Assembly: GCA_041662205.1 (NCBI GenBank)
Contig: JBAZSZ010000002.1
Coordinates: 27,957-91,956, forward strand
Direction: 5' to 3'
From: Minisyncoccota bacterium
GTDB lineage: Bacteria; Patescibacteriota; Minisyncoccia; Phycocordibacterales; UBA9973
DNA length: 64,000 nt
Positions 56,511 to 64,000 of this stretch are shown in pieces. Under the pieces are notes generated by a model. The model was not told the DNA's origin and did no database searches. It saw only the letters and a list, made by a program, of their open reading frames with translations. Within the stretch, counting starts at the first letter, position 1. Every line of letters begins with the position of its first letter. The position numbers were made by a program, and so were the translations under genes.

Positions 56511-57686
56511 TTTTATTCTTATGAATCTATGCTTACCGATCTTATAAGCTCCAGGAGATGCAATAATTTTAAAATCAGTAATTTTTTCTTCTCCATTTTC
56601 ACTAAGTCTTTTAACTGCCCCTCCGTCAACGAGTCTTCGCCACTCACTCATAGAAGCTACAATTTTTTTTAATACTAAAATTACACCAAGGTTACCTGAC
56701 CCTTTTATTTCTATTTCTTCCATTTCTTCTGGAATTTCCTTTTTTGAAAAGGTATTTATGAAGTTTTCTTGAGCTTCTTTGGCTTTTTTCTCCCCGTGAT
56801 AAATTTTCACAATCTCATGTGCAAGTCGCATCTTAGCATCACGCGGATTTATTTGTTTTATTTTTTCTATTTCAGACACTGAAACACGAGTACAAATTTC
56901 AAAAGCTAAATTAATTAATGAATCTGGCCAACTCATTATTTTTCCAAACATATTATCTGGAGCATCTGCCAAAGTGACCATATTGCCCTCACTCTTTCCC
57001 ATTTTTTTACCAGTTGGATCTACTAAAAGTTTCGTTGTTAAAACATATTTTTCTTTTCCTCGATTTTTCATCATCGTGCGACCGACAAGCATGTTGAAGG
57101 TTTGATCATTGCCACCGATTTCCATATCTACATTCATTGCAACTGAATCATAACCTTGCATTAGTGGATAAAAAAATTCATGCAAATAAATTGGTTGCCC
57201 TTCTTTCATTCTTTTTTCAAACATATCTCTTTCAATCATTTGTTGTAAGGTAAATTCAGAAGCAATCTCCATCCCTTCTTCAAAAGAAAGTTTGGAAAGC
57301 CATTTGCTGTTAAATTTAACTTGTACTTTTTTCATATCCAAAATTCTACCGGCTTGTTTGGTATATTGTTTTAGATTTTCTTTTATTTCTTTTACGGAAA
57401 GCTGTTTTCTGGTGGCTGTTTTATCAGTAGGATCACCTATCCTTCCAGTAAAGTCCCCAATGAGTAAAATTACTTTATGTCCCAAATCCTGCAATTCGCG
57501 CAATTTAAGAAGTGTAGCGCCATGTCCGATGTGAAGAGATGGTCCAGTAGGATCAATGCCATTGTAAATGGAAAGCATTTTACCAGACAAAAAAACTTTT
57601 TTTACTTCTTCTTTTGAAGGATAAACATTTTCTACACCACGATTTAGGGCGTCATCAATTTTCTTTTCATCTGTGACAACTTTCAT
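56508..57686 (-). CDS. tyrS: Tyrosyl-tRNA synthetase
   Basis: HIGH motif (PSLHIGHG), KMSKS-like KKMGKSEGN and a C-terminal S4 domain. I took the start at the internal Met in MKVV, to avoid overlapping the divergent PBP gene. Confidence 0.9.
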   Translation of the reverse strand: MKVVTDEKKIDDALNRGVENVYPSKEEVKKVFLSGKMLSIYNGIDPTGPSLHIGHGATLLKLRELQDLGHKVILLIGDFTGRIGDPTDKTATRKQLSVKEIKENLKQYTKQAGRILDMKKVQVKFNSKWLSKLSFEEGMEIASEFTLQQMIERDMFEKRMKEGQPIYLHEFFYPLMQGYDSVAMNVDMEIGGNDQTFNMLVGRTMMKNRGKEKYVLTTKLLVDPTGKKMGKSEGNMVTLADAPDNMFGKIMSWPDSLINLAFEICTRVSVSEIEKIKQINPRDAKMRLAHEIVKIYHGEKKAKEAQENFINTFSKKEIPEEMEEIEIKGSGNLGVILVLKKIVASMSEWRRLVDGGAVKRLSENGEEKITDFKIIASPGAYKIGKHRFIRIK

Positions 57687-57714
57687 ATTTCTGGATTCTA
57701 CCACATTTTCTGCT

Positions 57715-60246
57715 ATGATTAAAGAGATGAAGAGATTTCGCATAAAAGACAAAAAAGTAAAGAATTTATTACTGCTTGGCGGAGGCCTTTTTGTTTTTGG
57801 GATTGGATTTGTTGTTGTGATGTTATCTTCTTTGAGTATTCCTGATTTTCATTCATTTGAAGAAAGAAAAATTATGAATTCTACCCAAATATATGACCGC
57901 ACAGGGGAAATTTTACTTTACGATATTCACCAAAACATAAAAAGAACCGAAGTGCCTTTTGAGCAAATGGGTTCAAATATAAAAAATGCGACTGTGGCCA
58001 TCGAAGATGCTGAATTTTACACTCACGGTGGAATCAAAATAACTTCTACCATCCGAGCTCTTTTTTCTAATTTATTTCATATTGGGGTAGGTGGTGGTGG
58101 TTCGACCATAACTCAGCAATTAGTAAAAAATACTCTTTTAACAACAAAAAGAAGTTATATTAGAAAAATAAAAGAATGGGTTTTGGCAATTAAAATAGAC
58201 AACTCTATGTCTAAAGATAAAATCCTAGAAGCTTATTTAAATGAAATTCCCTATGGAGGAACTATTTATGGCATAGAAACTGCAAGTAAAACTTACTTCA
58301 ATAAAAAAGCATCTGATTTAACGCTAGCTGAAGCAGCGTATTTGGCATCTATCCCAAATTCTCCAACAAAACTTTCTCCGTACGGAAAAAATAGAGTTAG
58401 TTTAGATGCAAGAAAAAATTTAGTATTATCTAGAATGCTAGACCTTAAATTCATCACCAAAGAAGAATATGGCCAAGCAAAAAGTGAAATAGTTACTTTT
58501 ATTCCACAAGCCATCTTGGGCATCAAGGCGCCACATTTTGTTTTTTGGATTAAAGATTATCTTGAACAAAAATATGGAACTGATGTAGTGGAAAACGGCG
58601 GGCTGAAAGTTACCACTACCATAGATACAGACCTACAAGACAAAGCTGAGCAAATTGTAAAAGATGGCGCATTCCAAAACGAAAAAGATTGGAACGGAAG
58701 CAATGCGGGATTAGTAGCGATAGACCCAAAAACAGGGCAAATTTTGACGATGGTCGGCTCTAGAGATTATTTTGATAAAAATATTGATGGTAATTTCAAC
58801 ATAGCGACAGCCAACAGACAGCCAGGGTCCTCTTTTAAGCCTTTTATTTACGCCACAGCCTTCAATAAGGGCTTTACCCCAGACACAGTACTATTTGACC
58901 TACCGACAGAATTTCAATCAACCTGTGATCCTTATGGAAAGGCTCTTCCTGGTCATAGCCAACAAGATTGTTATAAGCCCGACAATTATGATGGAAAATT
59001 TCGTGGACCACTGAGCCTGCGGGATGCACTAGCACAATCAATAAACATTGTCGCAGTAAAACTTTTCTATTTAGCTGGACTTTCTGATTCATTAAAAACA
59101 GCAAAAGATATGGGGATCACTTCTCTAAAAGATATTAATCAATATGGTCTCACTCTCGTTATTGGGGGTGGAGAAGTTTCACTTTTGGATATAACGGGGG
59201 CTTATGGAGTTTTTGCAAATGATGGAGTTAAAAATCCTTATACCGGGATTTTAAAAGTGGAAGACTCTCGCGGAAAAGTTTTAGAAGAATTTCAGCCCAG
59301 AACACAAGAAATCCTACCTAAAAACACCGCTTTAATTGTTTCAGATATTCTTTCTGATGAAAAAGCTCGTGAGCCAACTTTTGGAGTGCATTCTGTTTTA
59401 TATATTCCCAATAAAGATGTGGCTGTAAAAACTGGAACGACAAATAATAATAAAGATGCTTGGACTATTGGGTACTCTCCTTCAATCGTCGTCGGTGTTT
59501 GGGCTGGAAATAATGACAACAAACCAATGAAAAAGGGTGGTGTGTCAGTAGCAGGACCGATTTGGAATAAATTTATAAATGAAGCCCTGAAAAAAATGCC
59601 TGTTGAAAGTTTTGAGAAACCAGATCTAGTAACTGATCCAACTAAAGTAAAACCAATTCTTCGTGGACAATGGCTCGGAAATGAAAACTTTTTTATAGAT
59701 AAAATCTCTGGGCTCTTGGCAACTACTTTTACACCAAAAGAAACCTTGCAAGAAAAAGTAATAACAAATGTACATTCAATTTTATACTGGGTGGATCGAA
59801 GTGATATTTTAGGGGAAGCTCCTCTGGGGGGAGGAGATAATAACTCTCAATTTAATCACTGGGAAATACCAGTACAAAACTGGTGGGCACAAAATAAAGG
59901 AAAATATCCAACAACGACTTGGAATGAAAAACCAAATGAATCAGACAACGTACATACCCCCTCATCAAAACCAATAATCTCAATTCTTGAACCAAATAAT
60001 ACAAATACCTACTCCCTTGATCAAAAAATAAATTTAAGGATCTTAAGTTCTGGAATTTTTCCTTTACAAAAAATGGATATTTTTATAAATGGAGTGTATT
60101 TAGAAACAGTAAAATCTCCTTTTAACTTTTCTTTTACGCCCAAGGAGTTGGGAACCATCCAAAATGATAATGAGTTAAAAATAATCTCTTATGATACTAT
60201 TTTTAATAACAGTGAAACTAATTTAATTTTTAAAGTAAGCCAGTAG
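57715..60246 (+). CDS. Class A penicillin-binding protein (bifunctional transglycosylase/transpeptidase)
   Basis: TM anchor, GT51 motifs (EDAEFYTHGGI, GGSTITQQL) and transpeptidase motifs SSFKP, SIN and KTGTT. The start was chosen at an internal Met. Confidence 0.85.
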   Translation: MIKEMKRFRIKDKKVKNLLLLGGGLFVFGIGFVVVMLSSLSIPDFHSFEERKIMNSTQIYDRTGEILLYDIHQNIKRTEVPFEQMGSNIKNATVAIEDAEFYTHGGIKITSTIRALFSNLFHIGVGGGGSTITQQLVKNTLLTTKRSYIRKIKEWVLAIKIDNSMSKDKILEAYLNEIPYGGTIYGIETASKTYFNKKASDLTLAEAAYLASIPNSPTKLSPYGKNRVSLDARKNLVLSRMLDLKFITKEEYGQAKSEIVTFIPQAILGIKAPHFVFWIKDYLEQKYGTDVVENGGLKVTTTIDTDLQDKAEQIVKDGAFQNEKDWNGSNAGLVAIDPKTGQILTMVGSRDYFDKNIDGNFNIATANRQPGSSFKPFIYATAFNKGFTPDTVLFDLPTEFQSTCDPYGKALPGHSQQDCYKPDNYDGKFRGPLSLRDALAQSINIVAVKLFYLAGLSDSLKTAKDMGITSLKDINQYGLTLVIGGGEVSLLDITGAYGVFANDGVKNPYTGILKVEDSRGKVLEEFQPRTQEILPKNTALIVSDILSDEKAREPTFGVHSVLYIPNKDVAVKTGTTNNNKDAWTIGYSPSIVVGVWAGNNDNKPMKKGGVSVAGPIWNKFINEALKKMPVESFEKPDLVTDPTKVKPILRGQWLGNENFFIDKISGLLATTFTPKETLQEKVITNVHSILYWVDRSDILGEAPLGGGDNNSQFNHWEIPVQNWWAQNKGKYPTTTWNEKPNESDNVHTPSSKPIISILEPNNTNTYSLDQKINLRILSSGIFPLQKMDIFINGVYLETVKSPFNFSFTPKELGTIQNDNELKIISYDTIFNNSETNLIFKVSQ

Positions 60247-60487
60247 GAGCCCTTTTACCAAAAGATGTTTCTAATTTTGATAGGATTTGCTCTTGTTTTA
60301 AAAAAACTTCGTTTTTATAAATTGGTTTAATATTTAAATAAATTATATTATTTTTTATTTGGATATCCTGAGATTTTATTTCTATTTTAATAATTTCAGA
60401 AATAGTTTTTCTAATCACTTCTTTTTTAGCTTCTTCTCCTAAAAGGATATGACTAAATCTAACCAATAAATCTTTAATCTCAATCAT
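60230..60487 (-). CDS. Small hypothetical protein downstream of dnaN (possibly DUF721/DciA-like)
   Basis: 85 aa. Its position after dnaA-dnaN is where DUF721 genes commonly sit. No motif confirms it. Confidence 0.3.
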   Translation of the reverse strand: MIEIKDLLVRFSHILLGEEAKKEVIRKTISEIIKIEIKSQDIQIKNNIIYLNIKPIYKNEVFLKQEQILSKLETSFGKRAPTGLL

Positions 60488-60488
60488 G

Positions 60489-61586
60489 CTATCTATTCAT
60501 CGGCATTATTAGATAAGTAAATGATGGGTCAGAAACAGGAGAAATAACCATAGGACGGGAAGCCCCAGATAATTTTATAGAAACACTATCGGTATTAATT
60601 GATTGGAAACAATCTAAAAAATACTTATAATTAAAACTTAATTCAACAATTTCCCCTTTAAGAACAGCGTCTAAATATGTTCTATTTTCTCCAATATCAT
60701 TATTAGCAGAGGAAAGTTCTAAAACTTTTTCTTTAGGTGAAATCTTTAAATTAACTTGATTAAATTTATCTGAAAAAATATTAGAAAGTTTTAACGCATT
60801 TAATAAATCTTGTTTGAGCACCACAGCATCCGTCAGTGAATCTTTTGGAATGATTTGTTTATAGTCTGGGAAAATTCCATCAATGATTCTTGAGGTTAAG
60901 TAAATATTATCAGAAGAAAAAGAAATTTGATTTTTATTAAAACAAACTTTTATAATACCTTTAAATTCTCCAAAAACTTTTAATATTTCTCCTATGTTTT
61001 TATATGGGATAAGAATCCCTAAAATTTCCTCAAGTCCTTTTACTTTAACTTTTTTTTCAGCCAACCTAAAAGAATCTGTGGAAACAAAAATTAAATTATC
61101 CTCATTGGTATAAACAAAAACACTCGAGATTTCAGGCTTAATATCTGAAACAGATGAGCTATAATAAACTGCTTTGATACCATCTATTAATTTAGATGAC
61201 TCTATTTCAAAACTACTTCCTGTAACTTTTGGTATTGTCGGAAAATCTTCATGAGGTTGGCTTTTGATTTTAATTTGGCTTTTTTTTGTTTTAATTAACA
61301 AATTACCGTCAATATTTTCAAAAAAAACATTTTCATTTTGAGAAACATTTGAAAAAACAGCATTTAAAATTAACCCTGAAACGGCAAGGGTCCCCTCTTT
61401 TTCTATTTTAGCTGGAATTTCAATTTCAATTCCAAGATTTAGATTAGTGGATCTAAGTTTCAATGAGTTATTAGAGGCAATCAATAAAATTGAACTTAAA
61501 ATTGGTAAAGTTAAATTTTTACCAGTAACCCTTTCTACTTGTGAAATAGCATTTTTTATTTTCTCCACAGAGCATTCTAGTTTCAT
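60489..61586 (-). CDS. dnaN: DNA polymerase III beta subunit (sliding clamp)
   Basis: 365 aa with a three-domain clamp architecture. It lies immediately downstream of dnaA. Confidence 0.9.
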   Translation of the reverse strand: MKLECSVEKIKNAISQVERVTGKNLTLPILSSILLIASNNSLKLRSTNLNLGIEIEIPAKIEKEGTLAVSGLILNAVFSNVSQNENVFFENIDGNLLIKTKKSQIKIKSQPHEDFPTIPKVTGSSFEIESSKLIDGIKAVYYSSSVSDIKPEISSVFVYTNEDNLIFVSTDSFRLAEKKVKVKGLEEILGILIPYKNIGEILKVFGEFKGIIKVCFNKNQISFSSDNIYLTSRIIDGIFPDYKQIIPKDSLTDAVVLKQDLLNALKLSNIFSDKFNQVNLKISPKEKVLELSSANNDIGENRTYLDAVLKGEIVELSFNYKYFLDCFQSINTDSVSIKLSGASRPMVISPVSDPSFTYLIMPMNR

Positions 61587-61731
61587 ATGTTTATATTTTA
61601 TATATTTAAATTATTAATAATATTAAGTGTGTTAATAAGTGTATAAGTATTTTTAATGTTGTTTTTTGTTATTGTTTTTTTTAATTTTAATTTTAATTAA
61701 AGGCTAATAACTTTCTAATAACTATTTTAAA

Positions 61732-63069
61732 TTATTTAAACATAATTCTGATTTGTTCTAATTCTTGTATTAACTGTGGATCATTTTTTAAATCTTCTTT
61801 TATTTTTACACATGAATGCATCACTGTTGTATGGTCTTTTCCACCTAATTTTTGTCCTATAAGTGGATAAGAAACACTGAAATCTTCCCGAAGTAAATAC
61901 ATTATAATTTGTCTAGTTTTCACTATTTCTTTTTTTCTAGTTTTTTCATAAATAGAGTTTTCTTCTAATTTATAATATTCAGCCACAATTTTTACAACAT
62001 CTTTTATTGCCATATTCTTTTTTGGCTTCATATTGTTTTTTAATAGATTTTTAACTTCTGCAAGAGAAGGAGCCTTATTTTTTAAGCGATATTGGCAAAC
62101 AATAAGATTAAGACTGCCTTCGAGCTCACGAACATTTCCTTGGATTGATGTCGCAACATATTCTATTATATCCTCCTCAAGGACTATGTTGAGCTCACGA
62201 AGCCTCACTTTTATAATTGCGATACGAGACTCATATTCTGGTTCTATGACGTCTACGATCATTCCGGCAGCAAAACGGGATTTTAAACGATCAGCTAATT
62301 CTGGAATATAATTAGGATGCTTATCGGAAGAAAAAATAATTTGTTTGTTGTTTTCATAAAAAGTATTAAAGGTGTGGAAAAGTTCTTCCTGAATTTTTTC
62401 CATTTTACCAATAAATTGAATATCATCTATAATTAAAAGATCATACTTTCGATATTTTTCTTTAAAAGAATTTGCTTTATTGCTTTGAAGAGAGTTTATA
62501 AAATCTGTTGCAAACTTTTCTAAAGTCATATAATGTACTTTTTTATCAGGATGCTTGTCTTTTATTGAATTTCCTACAGCTTGAATTAAATGAGTTTTCC
62601 CAAGACCAGTACCACCGTAAATAAAAAATGGATTATATTTAGTTCCTGGTGATTCTATTATTGCTTGAGATGCGGCGTACGCGAGTTCATTAAAGGTTCC
62701 CACAATAAAGGAATTGAAATGATAGCGTGGATTTAGATTATTTTCTGGATTTATATATAAATCTCTCAAAGGCAGTTCTTTTTCAATAGTTTCACTTATT
62801 ATTACTTCTTGTTTAGAATTTTCTATTTTTGTAATAACATATTCCACAGCTCGCATATTTTCATAATTTTCGGCTATAGTTTTGGTTATGAGTTTATGGT
62901 ATTTATTTATAAGCCAATCCCGGACAAATTCATTTGGTACCCCTATATAAACAATCCCATTCTCTTCTTTTGCAATAGATGTGTTCTTAAACCAAGTACT
63001 AAAATTGGCTTTAGACATGTCAGACTCGATTCTCAGTAAGCAACTCTTCCACAATTGGTTTGTGTTCAT
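61732..63069 (-). CDS. dnaA: Chromosomal replication initiator protein DnaA
   Basis: AAA+ Walker A GGTGLGKTHL, Walker B LLIIDDIQF and a C-terminal DnaA-box-binding helix-turn-helix. Confidence 0.95.
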   Translation of the reverse strand: MNTNQLWKSCLLRIESDMSKANFSTWFKNTSIAKEENGIVYIGVPNEFVRDWLINKYHKLITKTIAENYENMRAVEYVITKIENSKQEVIISETIEKELPLRDLYINPENNLNPRYHFNSFIVGTFNELAYAASQAIIESPGTKYNPFFIYGGTGLGKTHLIQAVGNSIKDKHPDKKVHYMTLEKFATDFINSLQSNKANSFKEKYRKYDLLIIDDIQFIGKMEKIQEELFHTFNTFYENNKQIIFSSDKHPNYIPELADRLKSRFAAGMIVDVIEPEYESRIAIIKVRLRELNIVLEEDIIEYVATSIQGNVRELEGSLNLIVCQYRLKNKAPSLAEVKNLLKNNMKPKKNMAIKDVVKIVAEYYKLEENSIYEKTRKKEIVKTRQIIMYLLREDFSVSYPLIGQKLGGKDHTTVMHSCVKIKEDLKNDPQLIQELEQIRIMFK

Positions 63070-63125
63070 AGTTTCATATTATACTATTAATAAAATAGAA
63101 GGCATCTTTTAAAGCTTATTAACTC

Positions 63126-63146
63126 TGTTGATAAGCTGTGGATAAA
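63126..63146. promoter_or_regulatory. Two adjacent DnaA boxes in the dnaA/rpmH intergenic region (candidate oriC or dnaA autoregulation site)
   Basis: tgttgataa (one mismatch) and tgtggataa (perfect) are complements of TTATCCACA. They lie 57-77 nt upstream of the dnaA start. Confidence 0.5.
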
Positions 63147-63259
63147 AAACTTAACCTCTCCTAGCCTTCCCTTGTTAGGGGAGAAAGAATTCTGAAAGTC
63201 CCCTTGATAAGGGGGATTAGGGGGTTGTATTTTTATATTTTTTATTATAGACTAACTTT

Positions 63260-63394
63260 ATGTCAGTTACATACCAACCTAAAAAAAGAAAAAGAGCAAG
63301 AGCCCATGGTTTTTTAGTTAGATCTAGAATAAAGACCGGAAAAAAGGTTCTAAAAAGAAGACGCCAAAAAGGTAGAAAAAAATTGGCGGTTTAA
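63260..63394 (+). CDS. rpmH: 50S ribosomal protein L34
   Basis: My translation [44 protein letters not shown] matches the L34 pattern. The ORF is shorter than 60 aa, so it is absent from the table. Confidence 0.85.
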   Translation: MSVTYQPKKRKRARAHGFLVRSRIKTGKKVLKRRRQKGRKKLAV

Positions 63395-63396
63395 CC

Positions 63397-63720
63397 ATGC
63401 TACCTAAAAAGAATAGAGTAAACACCAAAGAAGTAGATAAAATCTTCAAGGAGGGTAGATTTCTTGTTTCTTCTAGTTTTACCTTTAAATACTTTAAAAG
63501 CGCCAATAAAGGGGTAAAAATTTCTTTTATAGCTCCAAAAAGTGTCGCCAAGCTCGCTGTTAAGAGGAATTTGCTACGACGTCGAGGATATACAGCTCTT
63601 GCCAAATATATAGATCAATTCCCTGCTGGGCTTATGGGGGTTTTTATATTTAAAAAATATCAAGACGATATTTCTATAATCAAAGATGAAATCAAGAACA
63701 TATTTAAAAAAATTAATTAG
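63397..63720 (+). CDS. rnpA: Ribonuclease P protein component
   Basis: Basic 107-aa protein immediately after rpmH. It has the RNR-like basic motif KLAVKRNLLRRR. Confidence 0.85.
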   Translation: MLPKKNRVNTKEVDKIFKEGRFLVSSSFTFKYFKSANKGVKISFIAPKSVAKLAVKRNLLRRRGYTALAKYIDQFPAGLMGVFIFKKYQDDISIIKDEIKNIFKKIN

Positions 63721-63901
63721 TTTTTATCAAAAACATATTTCTATTTTCTTAAAACCAAGTTGTGTTTTTTATCCTTCTTGTTCAGAATATACAAAACAAG
63801 CAATAGAAAAATATGGTGTATTAAAAGGTATTTATTTAGGATTTTTGCGTATTTTGCGCTGTCATCCTTGGCAAAAGAACCATATAGATCCAGTGAAATA
63901 A
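63686..63901 (+). CDS. yidD: Membrane protein insertion efficiency factor YidD
   Basis: YPSCSEYTKQAIEKYG...RCHPW is the YidD signature. Gene order is rnpA-yidD. Confidence 0.8.
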   Translation: MKSRTYLKKLISFYQKHISIFLKPSCVFYPSCSEYTKQAIEKYGVLKGIYLGFLRILRCHPWQKNHIDPVK

Positions 63902-64000
63902 CAGACGTCGGGCATCAGGATTCCTAGATGTTCGACGCTTTGAGAATAGCATTTTTTTACTTTTTCATATAGAATGAGGAAATGTTCTCATATATTTGGA

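Noticed and set aside
57686-57752. Upstream Met start for tyrS (ORF table start 57752)
   Set aside because: It would overlap the divergent PBP gene's 5' end. The downstream MKVV start gives an N-terminus of normal length relative to the HIGH motif.

Overview
This is a low-GC window, about one third GC by eye, dense with short housekeeping genes. It has the look of a reduced Patescibacteria/CPR-type genome; that is an inference, because no rRNA gene is present to confirm it. The right end carries the chromosomal replication-origin neighbourhood: dnaA and dnaN on the minus strand, divergent from rpmH-rnpA-yidD, with DnaA boxes in between. Gene content by category:
- Ribosomal and translation: rpmB, rplK, rplS, rpsT, rpmH, tyrS, two pseudouridine synthases, a TrmH-family methyltransferase, an ABC-F ATPase and cspA.
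- Transcription and secretion: secE and nusG.
- Nucleotide metabolism: thyA, folA, a MazG-like pyrophosphohydrolase and dCMP deaminase.
- Proline synthesis: proB, proC, proA.
- Cell envelope: murB, a class A PBP, plsY, a SIMPL protein and an FKBP isomerase.
- DNA repair and replication: uvrA, uvrB, uvrC, polA, ruvA, ruvB, ruvC, ruvX, fpg, a DEAD-box helicase and a holA-like gene.
- Type IV pilus: pilM-pilN-pilO plus a distant pilB/gspE ATPase.
- Transport: a MacAB/HlyD-like ABC efflux operon, an NRAMP transporter and a DMT-like transporter.
- Six tRNAs: Leu-GAG, Arg-TCT, Val-TAC, Ser-TGA, Arg-GCG and Lys-TTT.
The most unusual signal is a set of short, GC-richer palindromic elements, roughly 70-110 bp, inserted in frame inside intact housekeeping genes. 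One sits in uvrA, two identical-core copies sit in uvrB, one in polA and one in the RluA-family synthase. Each adds about 25-38 residues without breaking the ORF, which resembles the Rickettsia palindromic elements. Other notable features:
- A roughly 75-nt GC-rich element with a covarying hairpin, present twice just 3' of minus-strand genes.
- A promoter-like motif with a conserved spacer, present three times.
- A strongly GC-rich collagen-like secreted protein gene, next to a large surface protein built from near-identical 246-bp tandem repeats.
- A 567-aa multi-CxxC protein of unknown function.
- An unknown secreted protein wedged between uvrA and uvrB.
- A higher-GC islet next to tRNA-Lys.
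No CRISPR array, rRNA gene or recognisable transposase or integrase was found.
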